This document shows, piece after piece, positions 44,892 through 54,400 of a stretch of DNA of 64,000 nucleotides (its first letter is position 1; the number at the start of each line of letters is the position of its first letter). A model generated the notes under the pieces. It was not told where the DNA came from and did no database searches. It was given only the letters and a program-made list of their open reading frames with translations. This stretch comes from an uncultured actinomycete (lineage in GTDB: Bacteria; Actinomycetota; Acidimicrobiia; Spongiisociales; UBA5794), in the NCBI GenBank assembly GCA_942491345.1, contig CALOAN010000020.1:257671-321670 (forward strand), read 5' to 3'. Both the position numbers and the translations under genes were made by a program.

Positions 44892-45905
44892 TCACGTTGC
44901 CCAGAGGTTGATGCCGCTGTCCACCGCGAATTCATCGATCTGCGCGAGCTCCTCCTCGGCAAAGGCGAGGTTGTCGAGTGCACCGAGGCTGTCCTCGATC
45001 TGAGACCAACGACTCGCGCCGATGAGCGCCGTGGTCACGCGTGGATCGCGTAGGGTCCATGCGATCGCCATCTGAGCCAACGTCTGGCCGCGCCGGGTCG
45101 CAATCTCATTCAGGCCGCGCACTCGCGCGAGGTTCTCCTCGGAGACAGAAGCTCTCGGCAGCGTCGAGCCTTCCGCAGCACGCGAGCCTGTCGGCACTCC
45201 GTCAAGGTACTTGCTCGTCAGCATCCCCTGACCGAGAGGCGAGAAGACGATCACGCCCAAACCTTCATCTTCGGCTACATCGAGCAAACCAGCCTCGATC
45301 CAGCGGTTCAGCATCGAGTAGGACGGTTGGTGGATCAGGCACTCTGTCCCGGAGTCTCGGAGGATGGCCGCCGCCTCGGCCGTGGCGGCCGGACCGTACG
45401 AGGAGATTCCGACGTACAGCGCCTTGCCCTGCCGAACCGCGGTGGTCAATGCCCCCATCGTCTCCTCGAGCGGCGTCGTCGGGTCGAAGCGGTGCGAATA
45501 GAAGATGTCGACGTAGTCGACATCCATCCGGGCGAGGCTCTGGTCGAGACTCGCAAGCATGTACTTGCGGCTTCCTCCACCCTGTCCATAGGGCCCGGGC
45601 CACATGTCGTATCCGGCCTTGGTGGAGAGGATCAACTCGTCACGATATGGCCTGAGGTCGGAGGCCATGATCCGACCGAAGTTCTCTTCCGCAGTTCCGT
45701 ACTCGGGTCCGTAGTTGTTGGCGAGGTCGAAATGGGTGATGCCACGGTCGAATGATCTGAGCAGCATCTCCCGGGCGGGTTCGAGGGGGGTCTGGCTCCC
45801 GAAGTTCTGCCAGAGGCCCAAGGCGATCTTCGGGAGGTCGAGGCCGCTGCGGCCGCATCGAGCGAACGGCATGTGGTCGTACCGGTTGGCAGATGCCTGG
45901 TACAT
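44892..45905 (-). CDS. Aldo/keto reductase (YghZ/L-glyceraldehyde-3-phosphate reductase-like)
   Basis: 337 aa. GITHFDLANNYG, VDIFYSHRFD, GKALYVGISSY and IHQPSYSMLNR are AKR family motifs. Confidence 0.9.
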   Translation of the reverse strand: MYQASANRYDHMPFARCGRSGLDLPKIALGLWQNFGSQTPLEPAREMLLRSFDRGITHFDLANNYGPEYGTAEENFGRIMASDLRPYRDELILSTKAGYDMWPGPYGQGGGSRKYMLASLDQSLARMDVDYVDIFYSHRFDPTTPLEETMGALTTAVRQGKALYVGISSYGPAATAEAAAILRDSGTECLIHQPSYSMLNRWIEAGLLDVAEDEGLGVIVFSPLGQGMLTSKYLDGVPTGSRAAEGSTLPRASVSEENLARVRGLNEIATRRGQTLAQMAIAWTLRDPRVTTALIGASRWSQIEDSLGALDNLAFAEEELAQIDEFAVDSGINLWAT

Positions 45906-45988
45906 GGAGGTCTCCGATCAGCTTGGGGTATCCCATTATGACCGGGTCACGGTGAAGCCCGCTGGAGGGAGTAGTCGTCGTCCTTGTC

Positions 45989-46471
45989 CTACTTGTCTTT
46001 GTCTTTGTCCTTGTCTTTGTCCTGGCCGGGTGGTGTGTCCTTGTCCTTCGCCTGGCCGGGCGGGGTAGACGTCGCTTCGTCTTTGTCCTGGCCGGGTGGT
46101 GTGTCCTTGTCCTTTGCCTGGCCGGGCGGGGTAGACGTCGCTTCGTCTTTGTCCTGGCCGGGTGGTGTGTCCTTGTCCTTTGCCTGGCCGGGCGGAACAC
46201 ACATGTCTCTGTCCTGGCCCGGAGGCACGGGCTTGTCCCGGTCTACTTGGCCGGGGGGGATGCAGTCTTCCTTGTTCTGGCCCGGCGCCGTTGAAACACC
46301 ATGGTCGACCGGCTCGGCGGTGCCGGACGGCTCGGCGGTGCCGGACGGCGGTGGTGCCGGCGGTGGTGCCGGCGGTGGTGTCTGGAGCGTTCGTGGTGGA
46401 CGGCACGATCGGCTGGGCCCACGCGGCGGCCACTGCCACACGCTCGTTTTCGGCCCGGTGATCATCGGCAT
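45989..46471 (-). CDS. Low-complexity PPGQ/DK-repeat protein; reading frame and N-terminus ambiguous
   Basis: This frame has the better GC3 across the repeats (PPGQAKDKDTPPGQDKDEATST units, DKDKDK tail). It lacks any signal/TM segment. An upstream TM-containing ORF start at 46556 lies in a different frame. Confidence 0.45.
   Translation of the reverse strand: MPMITGPKTSVWQWPPRGPSRSCRPPRTLQTPPPAPPPAPPPSGTAEPSGTAEPVDHGVSTAPGQNKEDCIPPGQVDRDKPVPPGQDRDMCVPPGQAKDKDTPPGQDKDEATSTPPGQAKDKDTPPGQDKDEATSTPPGQAKDKDTPPGQDKDKDKDKDK
46019..46195 (-). repeat. About 2.7 x 66-bp tandem repeat (22-aa PPGQ units), flanked by degenerate copies and a (DK)n hexamer tract
   Basis: Copies at 46019-46084, 46085-46150 and 46151-46195. 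One mismatch between copies 1 and 2. Confidence 0.9.
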
Positions 46472-46937
46472 GGGACAGTGCGAGCACGTTCACAGCCACG
46501 GCGGTGGTGGCGAACGCGACGGCAATGATGACGATGATCTGGTCGCGCATCCGCATGATTCCGGCCTTTCGCTCGTCCGATGCCACTGTGCTCGCAGCGA
46601 TCTCATATTGAATATCGGCACTTGGTCGGCATTCCCGCAGAGTGATTGTGAAATAACGCGTTGGGACTAGTCCCTCCTGACCGGTGTGCGATAGCTGAGC
46701 CGTGATCGGGGTACGACCACGTTCTCCCGGTTCGTCACGGCCCCGACCATGGCGTGAGCAGGAGAACAGGCGAGACAACGTGTGTCGAGGTATCCCCCTC
46801 CGCTGGGAATTCATGGAGTCTGGCTGTCACGATCGTACGGCCTGTGCGTGATTCTGAGGAGATTCTCAGACTTCGCGGGATGGGTTTCCCGATTCGATCC
46901 CTAGCCTCACCGCCACTGTTCTCTACGAAGGAACCCC

Positions 46938-47846
46938 ATGAAGCGTCTGATTGTTCTGATTGCGGCTCTTGGTCTTGTGCTCGCTGCGTGCGGTGGATCT
47001 TCATCCACGGCAGCAACGGTCAACGGAACCGAAATCACGGCGGGGGATATCGACGGCCTCTTCTACGAAGTCGATGAAGACTTCACCGAGGCACAGAACG
47101 CTCAGTACCTCGGCACCCTCATCCAATGGACGGCAATCGAGCAGCGGGCCGCAGCCGACCTCGCTTTCCAGCCAACGCAGGAAGAGACGGATGCGGAAAT
47201 CGAGACGATCCTCTTCGATTCAGGTTACGTCGGAGATCTTGACGGATTCTTGGCGGCACAGAACGTGTCAGAGGAAGGGATGACCAAGGTTGCGAACCAG
47301 TTCCTCATCGAAGACGCCGTGATCGTGGCGGTGACACCGACGATTGAGACACCCACGTTGGAAGATGCCCAAGCGACGATCGACGAGAACCCACTGCAGT
47401 TCACGCAAGTCTGCGCTTCGCACATCCTTGTCGAGACTGAAGATGAAGCCGTGGCGGTGACCGAGCGTGTCGATGCGGGCGAAGACTTCGCCGCCGTGGC
47501 GACGGAAGTGTCAATCGACACCGGGACCGGACCTGGCGGTGGTTCGCTGGGCTGCAACGCTGCGGCATCGTACGTACCTGAGTTTGCGGCGGCTGCCGCT
47601 GAGGCGCCGATTGGGGAGGTTACGGAGCCGGTTGAGACCGAGTTCGGATACCACGTCATCGTCGTCGAGAGCCGGACCATCGCGACACCTGAGGAAGTAC
47701 AGCTCCTCATGGAGGACCAGGCGGTCTCAGCAGCGACCAACGAATGGCTGCTTGAAGCCATCACCACAGCCGACGTGACGGTTGAAGCCGAATATGGCAC
47801 CTGGGAGACCGAACCGTCGCCTCAGGTGGTCCCACCACCCGCCTGA
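46938..47846 (+). CDS. Peptidylprolyl isomerase lipoprotein (PpiC/parvulin type, PrsA/SurA-like)
   Basis: 302 aa. Lipobox LVLAACGG. Parvulin core ASHILVETEDEA...FGYHVIVVE. Confidence 0.85.
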   Translation: MKRLIVLIAALGLVLAACGGSSSTAATVNGTEITAGDIDGLFYEVDEDFTEAQNAQYLGTLIQWTAIEQRAAADLAFQPTQEETDAEIETILFDSGYVGDLDGFLAAQNVSEEGMTKVANQFLIEDAVIVAVTPTIETPTLEDAQATIDENPLQFTQVCASHILVETEDEAVAVTERVDAGEDFAAVATEVSIDTGTGPGGGSLGCNAAASYVPEFAAAAAEAPIGEVTEPVETEFGYHVIVVESRTIATPEEVQLLMEDQAVSAATNEWLLEAITTADVTVEAEYGTWETEPSPQVVPPPA

Positions 47847-47888
47847 TCCGGAGCATCCGGCACGCCGAGCCGTTCCTAGGCTGAGGGT

Positions 47889-49049
47889 GTGAACCCCAGG
47901 AATCGTGTGTTCGCCGTGATGGCGGCCAGCTTCGTGTTGCTCGGAATGCCGATGGCGGCCATGGGCGTCGCTTGGCCGTCGGCGGCCGAAGACCTGGGCA
48001 GGACCCTTGCCGATCTCGGCTTGATCACCTTCGCATATGGTGCGGGATACACGGTCTCGACCCTGGCAAGCGGAGAACTGACCCGGCGCTTCTCAACGGG
48101 TCCGCTGCTCGTGGCGGCAGCATCGGCAGCGGCAGCAAGCCTTGCGGTATTCGCGATCAGCTCCACTTGGATTCCGTTCCTCGTTGCAGGGTTCATGGTT
48201 GGGCTGGCCGGGGGTCTTCTGGACGCCGGCGTGAATGCCTACGTCGCCGTACACCGAGGACCTCGAGCGATGGGGATCATTCACACCGGGTTCGGGATCG
48301 GATCCACGATCGGTCCGCTCCTCGTTGCGCTCATCATCTCCTTGGGGTGGTCGTGGCGCATAGCGTTTGGTGCCTTTGCCGTCGCGGAACTCATGCTCGC
48401 AATCGCGTTTGTTGCGACGGTGAGTGCCATTGATTCAAACGAGCTGGAGGGCGGCGCACGGCCTTCAGTGGGGAACAACGGCCTCGTTCTTGCCCTCTCG
48501 CTGACGGTCTTCTTCCTCTACGCCGGGGTGGCCGCCGGCACCGGCGCATGGTCTTACAGCCTGCTGACCGAAGGCCGCGGATTCAGCACGGCTGTGGCCG
48601 GTGTGGCTGTTGCAGCGTATTGGGGGGGCGTGACCGCCGGGCGGGCCGCACTCGGGGTCTTCGGGAATCGCGTCGAGCCGAACCGTGTGCTCACCATGTC
48701 CGCGGTCGGAACCGTGGCCAGCCTCTTGTTGTTGTGGATCGCCCCGACACCCTGGCTCGGCATCGTGGGTCTCATCGCATCGGGCCTCTCCCACGGGTTC
48801 GTGTTTCCGCTTGAAGTGCTCCTTACACCGCGTCGGTTTGGCGCTGGGTTTGCTCCCTGGGCCGTCGGGTACGAAATCGCTGCCGCCAATGTCGGAGTTG
48901 CGGTGGTGTCCGGCACGATCGGGCTCCTGGTTGGCAGGTGGGGGATCTTCATCGTGGCGCCGGCACTCGTGGTCGTCGCCCTCGCGCTCTGGGCAGCCAT
49001 CGAAACCCTGCGCGTCCAATCGGCGTTGCGTTCAGCTGCCCCGGCGTAG
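47889..49049 (+). CDS. MFS transporter
   Basis: 386 aa, about 12 hydrophobic segments, GELTRRF loop motif. Confidence 0.8.
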   Translation: MNPRNRVFAVMAASFVLLGMPMAAMGVAWPSAAEDLGRTLADLGLITFAYGAGYTVSTLASGELTRRFSTGPLLVAAASAAAASLAVFAISSTWIPFLVAGFMVGLAGGLLDAGVNAYVAVHRGPRAMGIIHTGFGIGSTIGPLLVALIISLGWSWRIAFGAFAVAELMLAIAFVATVSAIDSNELEGGARPSVGNNGLVLALSLTVFFLYAGVAAGTGAWSYSLLTEGRGFSTAVAGVAVAAYWGGVTAGRAALGVFGNRVEPNRVLTMSAVGTVASLLLLWIAPTPWLGIVGLIASGLSHGFVFPLEVLLTPRRFGAGFAPWAVGYEIAAANVGVAVVSGTIGLLVGRWGIFIVAPALVVVALALWAAIETLRVQSALRSAAPA

Positions 49050-49066
49050 CGATTCCTCGCGGTTCG

Positions 49067-51205
49067 TCACGCCGCGATGTCGTGTCTGGCCGGCGAAGGA
49101 TCTCGGACGGAGTTCCGAGGAAGGAACATCGGGATCACCACGAGGGCGGTGAGTGCGCTGGTGATCATCGCGACCCACATGATCATGGATACCTGCGAGT
49201 GGACCTTGAGCGGCGAGACCCACAGGGCCGTCATTGCGACGGCAATCCCGAGGGCATTCGCGACGATCGGTCGTCCAGCGCGGTCGATGGCGCGCAGCAC
49301 GTAGCCGTCGCCTCGCGGCCGTGCGTTGTTGATGGCTGCGATGAAATGGATGGCGTAGTCGATTCCCACGCCGATCACGATGCTCGAGAGAATGGCGGTG
49401 ACGAGATTCAGATTGATGCCCGACATCGAGATAAAGCCGAGCACCGTTGCGATCGTGAGTGTGATGGGAACAAGCGCCACAATGGTCTCCTTGATGTTCC
49501 GATAGGCGATGAGAAGCATCAGGGCCACGAGAACGAAGGCGACGATGATCGATGTCATCTGTGCATTCAGCACGAGGCGGGCGATCTCATCCCACACGAT
49601 CGGCATCCCGGTGAGGGTCAGGATCTCTGGTGTGTTCTCGGCGAACGTAACCCACGCTTCGAGGTCCTCGGTCGTGAAGTCTGCCGGGAAGACCATGAAC
49701 CGCAGACCATCGTTGCTCGCCATATCGCCGAGTGGGAAGGTGAATCCGCCGGCGACAACACTCTGTATCTCGTCGGGGCTGAGCTGTGTCGCCACATCGG
49801 CGATCGAGAACACCCTCCGAATGCCGGGCAGCGCCTCGAGCTCTCTCGACACGGCCGTGATCTCGTTGAGACCCTCGAGCCCCTCGGAGGGAGCAAAGGC
49901 GAACTCGCCTGCTAGCGGTGTCGCCCCGCCGAACACCTCTTCGGTCTTTGCGAAGGCCTCGCGCACCGGGTCACCGTCTTTGAAGAAGAAGAGCTGATCC
50001 GAGTCGACTTGGAGTTGTGGAATGAAGACCGCGGCGTACACGACGATCGCCCCACAGATGACCAATGCCGGGGTACGGGTTCGGACGAGCGATTTGATGC
50101 CCGACGTCACTCGCGGCCCGAGCATCGCCTTGCCACTGGCGTCGCGGACGGTGATACGACTCATGAGCGCTGGAAGGGAGAAGAAGGAGATGATGCCGGC
50201 GAAGCCGATACCGATCGCAGCGAAGAGCCCGAGCTGACGGATTGGTGACACCCCCGTCGCGAGCAGGGAGAGGAAACCTGCAGACGTGCTGATCGTCGTG
50301 AGGATCATCGGCACGCCGACTTCGGAGAGAGCCGCGCGAACTCGGCCAACGGAGTCTCCCCGACTGGCCGACTCCTGGAAATGGGTGACGAAGTGCAGGC
50401 CGTCGGCCGATCCCATGACGATGACGAAGATGGGTACGAGCAGGGTCACGATGTCGACCTTCAGTCCAAGGCCGAAGATCAGCCCGAACGTCCAGAGCGC
50501 ACCCAGCCCCGCCGGAAGGAGGGACAGAGCGCTCAGCCGGAGGTCGCCAATCGTCAGGTAGAAGACGCCGACGAGCAGGGCGATGACGAGGGGGGGAATG
50601 ATCAGCAGGAACCACGAGAAGATGTCAAGCACCTTCGCGAATATGACGGGGTTGCCAGAGAGAGTGACCTCGACACCGCTCGGCGCTTCCATCTCGCCGA
50701 GGGTCCTCGCGAGGGCCGTCGCGTCGTCGGCCGGGATGACCAGCATCAGGGTGTTTCTGCCACTCTCGTCGAGCAGGATCCCGGAGACGGGGCTCGTATC
50801 GATCAACGCGACAATCGCCTGTTCCGGAGCGGAGCTGACGGCGGCCGCGGTGATCGGTTCCCCGGTGATGGGATTCTCGTCGGGGATGATGGTCGCAACA
50901 CTCTCGACCCCGTCGACGGCGAGGATCTGATCTCGCAGCCCAACCAACGTGACGAGGCCCGCCTTCGATCGGAATGTCTCACCTTCCGGAAGTGTGATCA
51001 CCACGTTGATGGGATCGCCGGTGTTGTACTTCTCCTGAAGTTCTACAAACGCCTCACCGGCCTCGCTGCCGGTGAGGGCGAACGAGCTGATGTCGGCGTT
51101 GAACTGCATCCTGAACAGCATCACGACGGCGATGAGGCTGATCAGCGCGGTCGCAGCCAGGATCGGCTTGCTTTTCAGAACGATGACGCGAGCGATGCGT
51201 TCCAT
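49067..51205 (-). CDS. MMPL/RND-superfamily membrane transporter
   Basis: 712 aa from MERIARVIVLKSKPIL. Two 6-TM bundles, each preceded by a large soluble loop. GSADGLHF and GVGIDYAIHF motifs are typical of MMPL/SSD proteins. Confidence 0.85.
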   Translation of the reverse strand: MERIARVIVLKSKPILAATALISLIAVVMLFRMQFNADISSFALTGSEAGEAFVELQEKYNTGDPINVVITLPEGETFRSKAGLVTLVGLRDQILAVDGVESVATIIPDENPITGEPITAAAVSSAPEQAIVALIDTSPVSGILLDESGRNTLMLVIPADDATALARTLGEMEAPSGVEVTLSGNPVIFAKVLDIFSWFLLIIPPLVIALLVGVFYLTIGDLRLSALSLLPAGLGALWTFGLIFGLGLKVDIVTLLVPIFVIVMGSADGLHFVTHFQESASRGDSVGRVRAALSEVGVPMILTTISTSAGFLSLLATGVSPIRQLGLFAAIGIGFAGIISFFSLPALMSRITVRDASGKAMLGPRVTSGIKSLVRTRTPALVICGAIVVYAAVFIPQLQVDSDQLFFFKDGDPVREAFAKTEEVFGGATPLAGEFAFAPSEGLEGLNEITAVSRELEALPGIRRVFSIADVATQLSPDEIQSVVAGGFTFPLGDMASNDGLRFMVFPADFTTEDLEAWVTFAENTPEILTLTGMPIVWDEIARLVLNAQMTSIIVAFVLVALMLLIAYRNIKETIVALVPITLTIATVLGFISMSGINLNLVTAILSSIVIGVGIDYAIHFIAAINNARPRGDGYVLRAIDRAGRPIVANALGIAVAMTALWVSPLKVHSQVSMIMWVAMITSALTALVVIPMFLPRNSVRDPSPARHDIAA

Positions 51206-51429
51206 GGCGCCATCGTAGAGGCTGCACGCCGACGACCTCTCCGTCGTTTGTCCGAGCGAAGGGTGGAGGTGAGGTCCGCCACGGCGTCTCGTGCGTCCGG
51301 CGCCGCGCACGGATACCCGGGTAGTGCATAGCGGAGGGCGTACGATGAGACCGACGGCAGCCGCATCACCTACGCAACGCGGAGGTGCAGCTTGGTGGCG
51401 TTGAGCGGCCCGCATAACATTCGTCGCGA

Positions 51430-54400
51430 TTGCTCGATTGGAGGCGTCATCGGGGACGGACCATGACGGACCAGGAGACGTCGCGAGACGCAGCGGGAAT
51501 CTCGCTGCGTCGGTACGCGATCGGAATCATCGCGCCGATCTTGATCTCGGTGCTATCCCAGTTCGAATTGGTGCAGAATCTCGATGGTTCTCTGATCCCG
51601 GGCCTGCCCTGGGATGTGGGCCGTTGGGAGATCATCGCGGACATCTTCGCACCATCATGGGCGGTTTCGCTCCTGGTGCTCGCTGCGCTTCTCCGGCGTC
51701 TCGTCGGTGTGTGGCCCGGGCCGCAAGGCCCGCCCGCGACCGGCTGGTTTGCCGAGACATTCCTCACTGAACGATGGGCGGTTCGAGCTACATGGATGTC
51801 GACCGCTGGTGCCGTGCTCCTCATCCTGTTCGCCTGGACGAGGGAGTGGGAGCGGTTCGGTCAGCGCCCGTCGGCGTTTTGGTATGCCGCGCTTCTGGTC
51901 GGAACGGTTGCGCTGCTCGTTGTGCCTGCGTGGTGGATACGACACGACCTCTTCGCAGCTACCTCCCGCTATTTCCTCGGCTCCCGCTGGTTCGCCGCAT
52001 CGGAGAGATACTTCTTCGACGAGCCGCAGCACCACCCCAGATGGGCGAACGCCCTTGCCCTCGCGTCGGTGACGCTGGTAGGTGGCCTCGTCGTGCTTGC
52101 CCAGCTTGACCGACTTCTGCAGGGCATGCGGGCGGAAGGCGCGGGCCGTGTGGGCATTGCGAGCCTTGCCGGCATGCTGGAAGTGGACCTCAGTCGAAAG
52201 CCGGGCTTGATCGCGGAGCGGGTCGGAGTGTGGAGGGACTACAGCGACTCGATTGGGGACGGCTTCGCCTCCGCCTACCAGGTGGTTGTCACCCACGTGC
52301 TCGTTGACTCGTTGCTTGTGGTCCCGGCAATCGCCGTCATTGGGATCATTCTTGTCATTGCCACGTGGCGACATCGACCGACTGCGGCGCCTCCGTCGGT
52401 GACCACGAGCTACGCCATCATCGTCCAGACTGCGCTCGCCGTTCTCATAGTGGTGGTTGTCGCGGATTTCCTCGAGAACCTCTTCACCTGGTACGTCGTT
52501 GACCGTGCGTGGAGGCCCGATTCCTTCCTTGTACCCGCGAACGTGCGCATCTTGTGGGCGGTCTCGCTGACCCGGACGGTCGGGCTGGTGCTCCTCGGTG
52601 CATTTGCGGTTCTGCTGGTTGCACTTCGCGGGGTTCATCCGAGGCGGCTATTTGTCGCAATAGGCGCCGTTCGGGCGGAGTTGATCCTCCTTGCCATCGT
52701 GGCGATCGTGCTCTTGACCCAAGCGCAAGCCGCTGATGTAGTCCGGCAATGGGATGTCACGATCGCTCTGATCACGGTGTTCATGGCGACCGTGCTTGCC
52801 ATGTTGCTGCACCAAACATCGTCAACCACGTTGTCGAGGCTCAGGAACGACGCCGAGGCATCGGACGAAGGCCACCCTCCCACGCCGGCTGAGGTCGAGA
52901 TGCCCGGAATCGGTCGACTCGGCCTCAGGACCGCAGTCGTAGCCGCCATCTTCCTCGTGGCCGGGATGCAGATCGTCATGAGGGCAGGGCTGCTCTGGCC
53001 CGTCGGGCTTGGGTTCCTGATCCCGGCTGCAATCATCGCCGTGCTGTGGACGTTCGGCCTGGCGCTTCCACCGAAGGCGTTCAACCGGGGAGACCGCGCC
53101 GTCTCCGCACACGCCAGGAAGCTGATTCCACGGTTCCTTGGAGCGGCGGTGTTCGTGGCGCTGGGGATCACGGTGTTGAAGGCGGCGATCCCGAATCTTG
53201 TGTTCGCACGGCACGAGGATTGGTATCTCCTCTTTTGCGTCGTGCCGATCGCTGCCGGTGTGTGGCGAATGGCTCGCGGTACCTACGACACCATGGGTGC
53301 ACTCGAGATTGTGATCGCCGGATTGGTCGGCGCTGCGGCACTGGTCAGGATCATCATCGGGGACCAGGAGCTCTCACCTGGAGCCCTGACCTTCGTGGGT
53401 GTGATGATCCTGTACGGAGCCTTGCCGTTCTTCTATTCGTACGAGCATGGCTCGCTACCCAGCCGGTTCACGACCGAGCGACTGGGGTGGGTGCCGGTCC
53501 GTCCGTTGATCTTGATCGGTGCCGCCATTGGGGCGATCCTGGCCTTCGTGCTCGTCGTCCAGCCTGTGCGCATCGCACCCGAGATCGGCACGATCGCCAT
53601 TGTGCTCACCGGGGCGATGTTCCTGACTCTGATCGGTGCGGGCATGGTGCGGTTCTCGGAACGAACCGAGTCACCTCGAGTCCTCGCGGCCTTCGGCATC
53701 AATCGAACACCGATGTTCATCTTCCTCGGCGTGTGGCTGCTCGTCGGCGGATCAATCGTCACGACCGGCAACAATGTCCAGCTGATCGACTCATCGGACC
53801 GGGAGCCCGATGGGCTTGCGGTCGGTGCTTCGATCGACAGTATTTGGGAACGCTGGCTCGAACGTAATGCGACCGCGCTCGATGCAGCATCCGGGGTTGA
53901 ACGGGGCGCGATACCGATGGTGCTCGTCTCGAGCTCCGGCGGAGGGGCACGCGCCAGCGTGTGGACCTCGTATGTGCTCGATTGCCTTTTCGAACGCAAG
54001 TCGGACGGTGAGACGTCGTGTGGCGGCACGCGCGAGCCGGGGGAAGGCCGATCCAGCACGATTGCGTTGATGAGTGGGGTGTCCGGTGGTGGTCTCGGGA
54101 TTGCTGGATACTCGTCGTACCTGGCTGATCCTTCGGGTGCGGCCGGGGAGGACTGGGTCAAGGACAAGATGGGCACCGACTCTCTCTCGCCCGCGATGGC
54201 ATGGCTGATGTACGTCGATCTGCCGCGGGCTTTGATCGGCTACGGATCAGGGATTCCTGATCGAGCCGCCGTCACCGAGTGGGCGTGGGAAGCACCTTGG
54301 ACCAACGGAGGGGCGCTCGGACGCGGGGTCTTCGACTTGTGGCACAACGAGCCTGGGCTACCCCCCGTCGTGTTCAACGGTACGAGCGTGGGGGACAGCT

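Noticed and set aside
46706-46749. Acceptor/T-arm-like minihelix TCGGGGT...GGTTCGTCA...GCCCCGA-CCA in the 380-bp intergenic region upstream of the repeat-protein gene.
   Set aside because: It is about 41 nt long, the T-stem pairs over only 3 bp, and there are no D or anticodon arms. It is probably just an imperfect hairpin.
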